Shown: one piece after another, positions 46,032 to 54,050 of the stretch
How the letters are laid out: every line of letters begins with the position of its first letter
How positions within the stretch are numbered: position 1 is the stretch's first letter
Origin: Candidatus Omnitrophota bacterium
GTDB lineage: Bacteria; Omnitrophota; Gorgyraeia; JABMRN01; RBG-13-46-9
Assembly: GCA_016782425.1 (NCBI GenBank)
Contig: JADHYN010000006.1
Location: forward strand, 2,190 to 66,189
Length of the DNA stretch: 64,000 bases
Direction: 5' to 3'
Notes under the pieces: model-generated
What the model was told of the DNA's origin: nothing
Database searches by the model: none
Seen by the model: only the letters and a program-made list of their open reading frames with translations
Program-made: the position numbers and the translations under genes

Positions 46032-47090
46032 ATGGTCAAGAGACGTAAGACACTAACGATTAAAGTAGGCGGCGTAAAAATAGGGTCGCGTTTTCCCGTC
46101 AGCATCCAATCCATGACCAAGACCAAGACGCATGATGCGGAAAAGACAATCGCCCAGATACGCCGTTTGGAAAAAGCCGGCTGCGAAATCGTGCGAATCG
46201 CGGTTAAAGATTCGAAAGATGCCGAGGCCATAAAAAAAATAAAAAGAAGAATTAACATCCCTCTTGTCGCAGATATACATTTTGACTGGCGCCTCGCTCT
46301 TCTATCCATAAAAAACGGAGCAGACAAGATACGCGTAAACCCCGGGAATATATCAAATCCGAATCACCTCAAGGAAATAATTAAATCCGCGCGAAAACGG
46401 AAGATACCAATAAGAATAGGAATTAATTCAGGCTCGTTACCCAGAGCAATAAGCGAGAGACACCCCCGGCGGACGACGAAACTCGTGGCATTTGCACGAA
46501 AGTATATAAACTTCTTTGAAAAAAACAGGTTTCGCGATATAATAATTTCGCTGAAATCCTCGGATATTCCAGAAACAGTAAACGCTTATAGGAAGTTAGC
46601 CGCTCTTTGTAATTACCCTTTTCATCTAGGAATCACTGCAGCCGGCACCCCTGATAACGGAATTGTGAAATCAAGCATCGGTATAGGGTCGCTACTTCTT
46701 GACGGCATAGGAGACACGATAAGGGTTTCCCTTACAGGCGATCCGGCCGAAGAAATTATAGCAGCCAAAAGAATCCTCCGCGCTTTACAACTTCGGAATT
46801 TCGGGTCCGATATAATCTCATGTCCTATGTGCGGACGTTGCCAGGTAGATTTAGCGAAGATAGTAGGTGATTTAGAACATAAGCTTATAGCTTATGGCTT
46901 ACAGTTTACAGCTAAAAGGCCTACAACCATCGCATTAATGGGGTGTGAAGTAAACGGTCCGGGCGAAGCAGGTGATGCTGATATAGGAATAGCATTCGGT
47001 AAAAACTCAGGGGTTTTGTTTAAAAAAGGGAAAATTATAAAGAATATAAAACCGAAAGACGCAGTAAAAGAACTGATTAAAAATCTATAA
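46032..47090 (+). CDS. ispG: 4-hydroxy-3-methylbut-2-en-1-yl diphosphate synthase
   Basis: VQSMTKTKT, PLVADIHF, HLGITAAG, SCPMCGRC and GCEVNGPGEA motifs. Confidence 0.9.
   Translation: MVKRRKTLTIKVGGVKIGSRFPVSIQSMTKTKTHDAEKTIAQIRRLEKAGCEIVRIAVKDSKDAEAIKKIKRRINIPLVADIHFDWRLALLSIKNGADKIRVNPGNISNPNHLKEIIKSARKRKIPIRIGINSGSLPRAISERHPRRTTKLVAFARKYINFFEKNRFRDIIISLKSSDIPETVNAYRKLAALCNYPFHLGITAAGTPDNGIVKSSIGIGSLLLDGIGDTIRVSLTGDPAEEIIAAKRILRALQLRNFGSDIISCPMCGRCQVDLAKIVGDLEHKLIAYGLQFTAKRPTTIALMGCEVNGPGEAGDADIGIAFGKNSGVLFKKGKIIKNIKPKDAVKELIKNL
46878..46896. repeat. Intragenic AAGCTTATAGCTT-type hairpin CATAAGCT-TAT-AGCTTATG inside ispG
   Basis: Perfect 8-bp stem made of the same AGCTTATAGCT motif seen in intergenic spacers. 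It is followed by GCTTACAGTTTACAGC. Together they encode HKLIAYGLQFTAK. Confidence 0.65.
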
Positions 47091-47111
47091 CTTATAACTT
47101 AAAACTGTAAT

Positions 47112-48863
47112 ATGAAGTGGACAGAAACCTTAATACCTACACTTCGGGAAGATCCCCAGGACGCCGAAGCTGTAAGCCACAAGCTTATGGTGAGGGCGGC
47201 CCTCATAAGAAAACTTACCGCCGGAGCCTATTCTTATTTACCCCTTGGCTTTAGAATTTTGAAAAAAGTCGAAAATATTATAAGAGAGGAGATGAACATT
47301 GCCGGCGCGATAGAACTTCTTTTACCTGCTATTCAACCCGTTGAGCTTTGGAAGAAAACCGGAAGATACGACATTTTAGGAGATGTTCTTATAAAGTATA
47401 AAGACAGACACGGTAAGCTTGTGGCTCTCGGGCCGACGCACGAGGAGATAATAACAGACCTTGTTGCGAAAGAAATAAACTCTTATAAAAGCCTGCCCAA
47501 GACTTTATATCAGATTCAGACGAAATTCAGGGATGAAATAAGGCCGCGTTTCGGCGTAATAAGAAGTTCCGAATTCATCATGAAGGACGCCTACAGTTTT
47601 GACGTGGACGAAAAGAGCCTGGAAAAAAGCTACAAGAAGATGTACGACGCTTATTGCAGAATTTTCAAAAGGTGCGCTATTCCATATATTGCCGTCGAAG
47701 CAGACCCCGGTATCATGGGAGGAAATATCTCCCATGAATTCATGGTGCCTTCGGAGATAGGAGGAGATGAAATAGTAATTTGCAAAAAGTGCGACTATTC
47801 TGCAAGTACCCACGTTGCGGCATGCAAAAATCTCCGCCAAAGGCGGATCCGCCTCGGGCGGAGAAAATCCCTGCCTGAGCGCCGAAGCCTTGGCGAAGGC
47901 GGGAAAATTGATAAGATTAAAGAGGTTGATACGCCCAACACAACGAGCGTCGAAGGAGTAAGCAAGCTCTTAAGGGTAAAGCCTTCCCAGCTCATAAAAA
48001 CGTTGATTTATCTTGCAGATGGAAAACCCGTCGCTCTTCTTGTAAGGGGAGATTATGAAGCCAATGAGGTAAAGTTTAAAAATCACCTAAAAGCCGATAC
48101 ATTGGTGATGGCTGATGATAAGATCATACAGGATGTAACAGGTGCCCCCATGGGGTTTTCCGGGCCGGTCGGCTTAAAAATAAAGATGTTTGCCGATTTC
48201 AGTATTGAAGCCATACAGAATGCGGTTACGGGCGCGAATAAAAAGGATAAACACCTTGTAAATGTTAACATCGACAGGGATTTTAAACCGAATGCCTGGC
48301 TTGACGCAAGGGTTATTAAACCAGAAGATCGGTGCCCGCATTGCGGCGGAAAAATAGAAATAAAACACGCAATAGAAATTGGCCATACATTCAAACTGGG
48401 AACCAAATATTCAAAGGCACTAGGTGCGAATTTCTTGGATAAGGATGGCAAATCTCACGCCGCCATAATGGGTTGTTACGGTATAGGCGTAAACAGAATT
48501 TTAGCATCGAGTATCGAAGTAAATAATGACAAAGACGGGATTATCTGGCCAAAATCCATAAGCCCGTACGAGATCGTGGTCCTCCCCTTAAATACGAAAA
48601 ACGAAAATTTGCAAAAGTTCAGCGAGAAACTATACAAAGATATGTGCAAGGCAGACATGGATGTGATCATCGATGACCGCCGAGAACGTGCAGGCGTCAA
48701 ATTCAAAGACGCCGACCTGATAGGCTTCCCAATTCAGGTGATTATAGGCGAAAAGAACCTCGAAAAAGGTAAGGTAGAGATTAAGACACGGAAAAACAAA
48801 AAGTCCGAACTCATTGATAGTAAAGGTATTATGAATAGATTAAAAACCCTTGACAAGATATAA
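47112..48863 (+). CDS. proS: Prolyl-tRNA synthetase (bacterial type with INS editing domain)
   Basis: Class II motifs (FRDEIRPRFGVIRSSEFIMKDAYSF, GCYGIGVNR) and the anticodon-binding C-terminus. Confidence 0.9.
   Translation: MKWTETLIPTLREDPQDAEAVSHKLMVRAALIRKLTAGAYSYLPLGFRILKKVENIIREEMNIAGAIELLLPAIQPVELWKKTGRYDILGDVLIKYKDRHGKLVALGPTHEEIITDLVAKEINSYKSLPKTLYQIQTKFRDEIRPRFGVIRSSEFIMKDAYSFDVDEKSLEKSYKKMYDAYCRIFKRCAIPYIAVEADPGIMGGNISHEFMVPSEIGGDEIVICKKCDYSASTHVAACKNLRQRRIRLGRRKSLPERRSLGEGGKIDKIKEVDTPNTTSVEGVSKLLRVKPSQLIKTLIYLADGKPVALLVRGDYEANEVKFKNHLKADTLVMADDKIIQDVTGAPMGFSGPVGLKIKMFADFSIEAIQNAVTGANKKDKHLVNVNIDRDFKPNAWLDARVIKPEDRCPHCGGKIEIKHAIEIGHTFKLGTKYSKALGANFLDKDGKSHAAIMGCYGIGVNRILASSIEVNNDKDGIIWPKSISPYEIVVLPLNTKNENLQKFSEKLYKDMCKADMDVIIDDRRERAGVKFKDADLIGFPIQVIIGEKNLEKGKVEIKTRKNKKSELIDSKGIMNRLKTLDKI
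47833..47864. repeat. Intragenic tandem hairpin CTCCGCC-AAA-GGCGGA|TCCGCC-TCG-GGCGGAG inside proS
   Basis: Two adjacent TCCGCC-N3-GGCGGA units. The central GGCGGATCCGCC is itself a perfect palindrome. Same motif as the terminator hairpin at 16044. Confidence 0.75.
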
Positions 48864-48878
48864 GTGATATAGTAATAT
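48850..48878 (+). promoter_or_regulatory. Sigma70-like promoter candidate TTGACA-17 nt-TAATAT overlapping the proS stop
   Basis: Consensus -35 with a 17-nt spacer. It lies upstream of a short hairpin/terminator and the rimP-nusA-infB operon. Confidence 0.4.
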
Positions 48879-48923
48879 ATTCAGGTATTATTTAGCACTC
48901 AATTAAGGAGGGAGTGTTAGTGG

Positions 48924-48953
48924 AAGAGTGGGAAAAACCCACTCTTTATTTTT
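48924..48953 (+). terminator. Rho-independent terminator AAGAGTGGG-AAAAA-CCCACTCTT-TATTTTT
   Basis: Perfect 9-bp stem, 5-nt loop, T-rich tail, 60 nt after the proS stop. Confidence 0.75.
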
Positions 48954-49010
48954 AATGAGCACATAACTTATGCGACTGAAAGGAGTGTAAGCTATAAGTG
49001 CGAATTAATC

Positions 49011-49049
49011 CCGAGCCCCGTTAGAAATTATTTTCTAACCGGGCGAGGG
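49011..49049. repeat. CCCCGTTAGA-family hairpin (CCCGAGCCCCGTTAGAAA-TTAT-TTTCTAACCGGGCGAGGG)
   Basis: 18-nt arms with 3 mismatches. It lies 16 nt upstream of the rimP ATG. Confidence 0.65.
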
Positions 49050-49064
49050 ATCTATCAAAAGCAT

Positions 49065-49523
49065 ATGGAAGAAGTAATAGAACGAGTAAACCAAGTTATC
49101 GAGCCTATAGCGAATGAACGCAAATACTATGTTGTGGATGTTACGTATAGGCGCGAAGGTGGAAAGCTCCTGTTAAGAATCATACTGGATAAAGAAGGTG
49201 GCATAGCGATAGATGAGTGCAGCAGGCTGAATAATGAGCTTGGTGAACTTTTAGACAAGGAAAACCTGATCGAGGAACCATATACGCTGGAGGTATCATC
49301 CCCTGGCCTGGACAGAGGGCTCAAGACGGATAGAGATTTTGCGTGGGCCGCAGGCAAAAAGGTAAAGATAAGCACGTATGCACCCCTTGATGGAAAGAAT
49401 GTATTTAGAGGGACCCTTTTGGGCTTGGGAGACGGCACTATCGTTGTAGAAGAAAACGGTATCTCAACGGAAATTCCAAGGGATAAAATATCAAAGGCTA
49501 GATTAAATGAGGCCATGATTTAG
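49065..49523 (+). CDS. rimP: Ribosome maturation factor RimP
   Basis: About 150 aa with the EVSSPGLDRGL motif. rimP-nusA-infB synteny. Confidence 0.85.
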   Translation: MEEVIERVNQVIEPIANERKYYVVDVTYRREGGKLLLRIILDKEGGIAIDECSRLNNELGELLDKENLIEEPYTLEVSSPGLDRGLKTDRDFAWAAGKKVKISTYAPLDGKNVFRGTLLGLGDGTIVVEENGISTEIPRDKISKARLNEAMI

Positions 49524-49553
49524 GAAAATTTTTTTAAAATTTTCCTAAATCAT
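49515..49553. repeat. Hairpin ATGATTTAGGAAAA(TTTT)-TTT-(AAAA)TTTTCCTAAATCAT containing the rimP stop codon
   Basis: A 14-bp perfect stem plus 4 A-T pairs. The TAG at 49521..49523 sits in the 5' arm. Confidence 0.75.
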
Positions 49554-49615
49554 AAAGCCGAATTTATCCCGAAGGCACGAAGTACCTTAAGGGATCTCAT
49601 ATTGGGATTGCTTCG

Positions 49616-49640
49616 CCCTTGACATTGAAAATGTCAAGGG
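49616..49640. promoter_or_regulatory. Palindrome CCCTTGACATT-GAA-AATGTCAAGGG, 23 nt upstream of the nusA ATG
   Basis: Perfect 11-bp inverted repeat with the same CTTGACAT/ATGTCAAG core as 1473..1493. Confidence 0.5.
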
Positions 49641-49663
49641 TTCGCAATGACAAAGAGGTAAAT

Positions 49664-50884
49664 ATGAACGATGAAATTTTGACGATAATAGATTCAATCG
49701 AAAGAGAAAAAGGCATACCCAAAGACGTGCTTTTCGAAGCCATAGAGTCTGCCTACTTGAGCGCCGCCAGGAAGATTCTGGGTAAACATACCACAGATAT
49801 CACGGTTGCCATCGACAGGAAAACAGGCAAAATAAAGGTCACAAGTGGTGGTAAAAAGGTTGAATCCGGTGAATTCGGAAGGATAGCCGCACAGACCGCA
49901 AAGCAGGTAATTATTCAGAAGATAAGAGAAGCGGAGAGGGAAATCATCTTTGACGATTACCATAAGAGGATCGGGGGCATAGTTACCGGTTCTGCGCATC
50001 GGTTTGAAAGAGGAAATATAATCGTGGACCTTGGTAAAACAGAGGCGATTTTGCCAAGATCGCAGCAATGCCCCAACGAAAGGTATAAACAGGGTGACAG
50101 GATCCGCGCCTACGTTTTAGAGGTTACGAAAACAAACCGCGGACCGCAGATTATCCTTTCCAGGTCTTCGGTGACATTTGTAAAAAAACTGTTCGAACTA
50201 GAGGTGCCGGAGATCACAGAGGGCATAGTCGAAATAAAATGTATATCGCGCGAAGCCGGCGAAAGGACTAAAATGGCGGTTTATTCCAAGGACGAAAAGG
50301 TAGATCCTGTGGGCGCCTGCGTCGGCATGAGGGGAAACAGGGTAAAAGACATCGTGAGGGAGCTTCACGGCGAAAAAATTGATATCGTGCGCTGGAATGC
50401 GGATACGACCGAATATCTGAGGGCAGCCCTCTCGCCAGCCGAGATTTCAAAGGTCAAAATCGACAAGGAGAAAAAATCTATCGAGGTTATCGTAAAAAAT
50501 GACCAGCTTTCCATAGCCATAGGCAAACACGGTCAGAATGTAAGACTTGCGTCTAAGCTCATCGGCTGGGAACTCGATATAAGATCTGCCGAAGAGAAGA
50601 AAGAAGAGAAACCCAAAGAAAAGGCCGAGAAGAAAATCGAGAAAAACCTCGAGAAGAAAAATGAAAAGACTAAAGCGATAAAAATAGTGGATGGCGTAGG
50701 TAAGAAAGCCCAGGAAATGCTATTGGTGGCCGGTTTCGATACGCTCGAGAAAATTGTCACCCTAAGCGTGGATGATTTGACGAAGTTGGATGGTATAGGG
50801 AAAAAGACGGCCGAGAAAATAATAAATTTCGCGAAAGAAAAGACAAAAAGCGATAAAAAAGAACCAAAAGGTAATAAAAAATGA
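49664..50884 (+). CDS. nusA: Transcription termination/antitermination factor NusA
   Basis: MNDEILTIIDSIEREKGIP N-terminus, S1 and two KH domains, C-terminal HhH. ORF-track start 49619 lies inside the palindrome and is rejected. Confidence 0.9.
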   Translation: MNDEILTIIDSIEREKGIPKDVLFEAIESAYLSAARKILGKHTTDITVAIDRKTGKIKVTSGGKKVESGEFGRIAAQTAKQVIIQKIREAEREIIFDDYHKRIGGIVTGSAHRFERGNIIVDLGKTEAILPRSQQCPNERYKQGDRIRAYVLEVTKTNRGPQIILSRSSVTFVKKLFELEVPEITEGIVEIKCISREAGERTKMAVYSKDEKVDPVGACVGMRGNRVKDIVRELHGEKIDIVRWNADTTEYLRAALSPAEISKVKIDKEKKSIEVIVKNDQLSIAIGKHGQNVRLASKLIGWELDIRSAEEKKEEKPKEKAEKKIEKNLEKKNEKTKAIKIVDGVGKKAQEMLLVAGFDTLEKIVTLSVDDLTKLDGIGKKTAEKIINFAKEKTKSDKKEPKGNKK

Positions 50885-52923
50885 GCATAAGAGTTCACAA
50901 ACTTGCAAAAAAGCTCAACATAACAAGCAAGGACCTTATCGAGAAGCTTAAAAAGCTTGGCGTGAAGGTGAAAGGCCACATGAGCGCGCTCGATGAGGAA
51001 ACTGTCGAGATCGTGCGGCACAAACTTGAACCAAAAAAACAAGAAAAGAAAGCCGAAGTCAAGGCCAAACCGAAGGCAAAACCCGTCGAGGCGAAACCCC
51101 TCAAGAAAGAACAGGTCAAGGTAAAGCCTGCAGTACTCTTTGAGAAAAAACCACTTAGAGTTTTAGAAGTAGAACTTCCTTTGACGGTAAAGCAACTCGC
51201 GACAAAAATAAACACGAAGCCAAACGATCTTATAAAGACCCTTATAAAAAAAGGCATATTCGCGACTTTGAATCAGAACCTAGATAATGATATTACTTTC
51301 GGAATAGCGCGGGAATGCGGCTATGAAATAAAAGAAGCACCGGGCTTGGAAGAGGAGCTTCTGAAAGAACACAAGGAAGTAGAGCCTCACGAAGAGAAAA
51401 AAGGCTCGGTTGTAAGAGCGCCCATAGTAACTTTGATGGGGCATGTTGACCACGGAAAGACATCTCTTCTCGATTACATAAGAAAGACAAAAATAGTGGC
51501 TAAGGAAAAAGGAGGCATAACCCAGCACATTGGCGCGTACGAAGTAAGCATCGCCGACAAAGGAAAAGTCACGTTTTTAGATACTCCCGGTCACCAGGCC
51601 TTCACCGCCATGAGAGCAAGGGGTGCCAGCGCAACGGACGTCGTGGTTCTCGTGATTGCTGCCGATGACGGCATAATGCCGCAGACCGTAGAAGCCATAG
51701 ATCACGCTAAAGCAGCGAACGTTCCCATTGTTGTAGCCATTAATAAATGTGATTTGCCGAATATAAGTCTGGACAAAGTGAAAAAACAGCTTTCCGAACA
51801 CGGGTTAATGTCGGAAGAATGGGGCGGAAAGACGATTACCGTGCCGCTTTCGGCAAAGACAGGAGAAGGCGTAGACCAGCTTCTTGAGATGCTTCTTCTG
51901 GAAGCGGAGCTTTTGGAATTAGGAGCCAACCCAAACTTGCGGGCGCGCGGAGTCGTTATAGAAGGTAAACTCTCGCCGGGTCAGGGCCCTGTTGCAACGA
52001 TACTTGTAAAAAACGGAACACTCAAGACCGGCGATGTCATCTTGAGCGGACTCCATTATGGCCGCGTGAAAGCCATGATTAATGACAGGGGAAAACGCAT
52101 TGACAAAGCACCGCCTTCTACGCCCGTAGAAATACTCGGTCTTTCAGGTGTTCCGGAAGCAGGAGACGAATTTTTCGTTGTTAAAGACGAAAAGAAAGCG
52201 CGGATACTCTCCTTATTAAAACAGGAAGATAAAAGGCTGACGAAGATTGGCGGAATGAAAAGAATGAGCCTCGAAGACCTTTACGCGCATATAAAAGACG
52301 GAACGGTTAAAGAACTCAAGGTTATTATAAAAGGCGACGTCCAGGGTTCGATAGAAGCTTTGAAAAACGTGCTGGAGGAACTTTCTACCAAAGAGGTAAG
52401 GCTTAACGTTACCCACATGGGGGCTGGCAACGTTAACGAGTCGGACGTAATGCTAGCCCTTGTATCCAACGCTATCGTCATAGGGTTTCATGTAAAGGTG
52501 GACTCGAAAGCCGAAGAGATCGCCAAGAAGGAAATGGTCGATATAAAATTATACGATATTATTTACGAAGCGGTTGCGGATCTCAGGGCAGCCCTGGAAG
52601 GTTTATTGGAGCCTATTATGAAAGAAATATTCTCAGGGAGGGCCCAAGTGAGACAGGTTTTTCAAGTTTCAAAAGTCGGAACGGTAGCCGGCTGTTATGT
52701 CGCAAAAGGTGTTATCACGCGTTCAAACAACGTTAAACTCATAAGAAAGAAGGAAGTTATTTTTAAAGGAAAGATAAAATCTCTGAAACACTTAAAGGAC
52801 GACGTAAAAGAGGCAAGGGAAGGATTCGAGTGCGGAATATCTTTAGCCGGGCATGGTAACATAAAAGTGGGCGACATTATAGAGAGTTTCAGAATTGAGA
52901 AGATAATAAGGAGGCTCAGTTAA
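50881..52923 (+). CDS. infB: Translation initiation factor IF-2
   Basis: GHVDHGKTSLLD, DTPGH and NKCD GTPase motifs. ATGA overlap with nusA. Confidence 0.95.
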   Translation: MSIRVHKLAKKLNITSKDLIEKLKKLGVKVKGHMSALDEETVEIVRHKLEPKKQEKKAEVKAKPKAKPVEAKPLKKEQVKVKPAVLFEKKPLRVLEVELPLTVKQLATKINTKPNDLIKTLIKKGIFATLNQNLDNDITFGIARECGYEIKEAPGLEEELLKEHKEVEPHEEKKGSVVRAPIVTLMGHVDHGKTSLLDYIRKTKIVAKEKGGITQHIGAYEVSIADKGKVTFLDTPGHQAFTAMRARGASATDVVVLVIAADDGIMPQTVEAIDHAKAANVPIVVAINKCDLPNISLDKVKKQLSEHGLMSEEWGGKTITVPLSAKTGEGVDQLLEMLLLEAELLELGANPNLRARGVVIEGKLSPGQGPVATILVKNGTLKTGDVILSGLHYGRVKAMINDRGKRIDKAPPSTPVEILGLSGVPEAGDEFFVVKDEKKARILSLLKQEDKRLTKIGGMKRMSLEDLYAHIKDGTVKELKVIIKGDVQGSIEALKNVLEELSTKEVRLNVTHMGAGNVNESDVMLALVSNAIVIGFHVKVDSKAEEIAKKEMVDIKLYDIIYEAVADLRAALEGLLEPIMKEIFSGRAQVRQVFQVSKVGTVAGCYVAKGVITRSNNVKLIRKKEVIFKGKIKSLKHLKDDVKEAREGFECGISLAGHGNIKVGDIIESFRIEKIIRRLS

Positions 52924-52936
52924 CACGAATTAGCAC

Positions 52937-53046
52937 GTTTCGAAGGACGAAAGGATGAAAGACGAAAGATGATTCGTCCCTCGTCTTAGCGAACGAAGTA
53001 AGTGGTCGTCCCTGCCTGCCGGCAGGCAGGCGTCGTCCATCGTAAC
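52937..53046. repeat. GACGA/TCGTC-repeat hairpin element, long copy (contains the 20-nt perfect palindrome CCTGCCTGCCGGCAGGCAGG at 53011..53030)
   Basis: Outer arms GTTTCGAAGGACGA / TCGTCCATCGTAAC (12 of 14 paired). It shares CGAAGGACGA, GA(T/A)TCGTCCCTCGTC and CCATCGT...CGTAACG blocks with 58519..58589. Confidence 0.7.
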
Positions 53047-53063
53047 GAGGAAGATATTATATT

Positions 53064-54050
53064 ATGAAGAGACTACTAAGCGGTATGAGACCTACGGGAA
53101 GCCTGCACCTTGGTCATCTTGTAGGCGCGTTGGATAACTGGGTGAAACTCCAAGAGGAGTACGAGTGCTTCTATATGATCGCTGATTGGCATGCTTTAAT
53201 GAGCGAGTACGAAAACCCTAAAACGCTTGAGAAAAATTCCATGGAGATGCTGGCAGATTGGATAAGCTGCGGCATCGACAGCAAAAAAAGCACGATTTTT
53301 GTCCAGTCCCATATCAAGGAACATCTGGAATTAAACATGGTTTTTTCATGTTTCGTGCAGCTGCCTCTCTTGGAGCGGAATCCTACTTATAAAGAACAGC
53401 TGAGGGAACTGACGGCGAGAAACCTCATGACTTACGCTTTTTTGGGTTACCCCGTTCTTCAGGCTGCAGATATACTTGTTTATAAAGCGTCGGTAGTGCC
53501 CGTCGGCATGGATCAGGCGGCGCACCTTGAATTGACGCGGGGAATAGTTCGAAAATTCAACAATCTATACGGGAAGCTGTTGCCAGAACCCAAGACGCTG
53601 CTTACCGAAACGCCGAAGCTTTTGGGTATTGACAATAGGAAAATGTCAAAATCCTTCGGGAACACGATAGCACTTTCGGATAAACCCGAGACTGTAAAAA
53701 AGAAAGTCATGAAGATGGTAACAGACCCTGAAAAAATTCATCTGGACGATCCTGGACACCCGGACATTTGCAATGTCTCTTTTTATTATAAGGTGTTTGC
53801 GCCCGAGAAAATTAAAGAAATTTCCAAGATGTGCAGCCAGGGGAAAAGAGGATGCATTAAATGCAAGGAAGCTCTGGCAGAGATCTTGATAAAACGACTG
53901 GAACCCATACGCAAAAAAAGAGAAAGATATCTTGCCGATAAAAAAGTATTGCTTGATATACTGAAAAAAGGAAACGCCAGGGCAAGAGACGTCGCTCTGG
54001 ATACCATGAAAGAGATCCGGAAAAAAGTCGGGGTTTTCCATGACATATAA
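53064..54050 (+). CDS. trpS: Tryptophanyl-tRNA synthetase
   Basis: SGMRPTGSLHLGHLVG (HIGH) and KMSKS motifs, 328 aa. Confidence 0.95.
   Translation: MKRLLSGMRPTGSLHLGHLVGALDNWVKLQEEYECFYMIADWHALMSEYENPKTLEKNSMEMLADWISCGIDSKKSTIFVQSHIKEHLELNMVFSCFVQLPLLERNPTYKEQLRELTARNLMTYAFLGYPVLQAADILVYKASVVPVGMDQAAHLELTRGIVRKFNNLYGKLLPEPKTLLTETPKLLGIDNRKMSKSFGNTIALSDKPETVKKKVMKMVTDPEKIHLDDPGHPDICNVSFYYKVFAPEKIKEISKMCSQGKRGCIKCKEALAEILIKRLEPIRKKRERYLADKKVLLDILKKGNARARDVALDTMKEIRKKVGVFHDI

Noticed and set aside
52924-53063. T-box leaders or other known riboswitches upstream of the aminoacyl-tRNA synthetase genes (trpS, tyrS, proS) and upstream of the que operon (preQ1 riboswitch).
   Set aside because: I found no T-box consensus (AGGGTGGNACCGCG-like) in any of these spacers. 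queD follows kdsC with a 1-nt gap, leaving no room for a preQ1 aptamer. This was checked by eye only, so an Infernal scan would be definitive.
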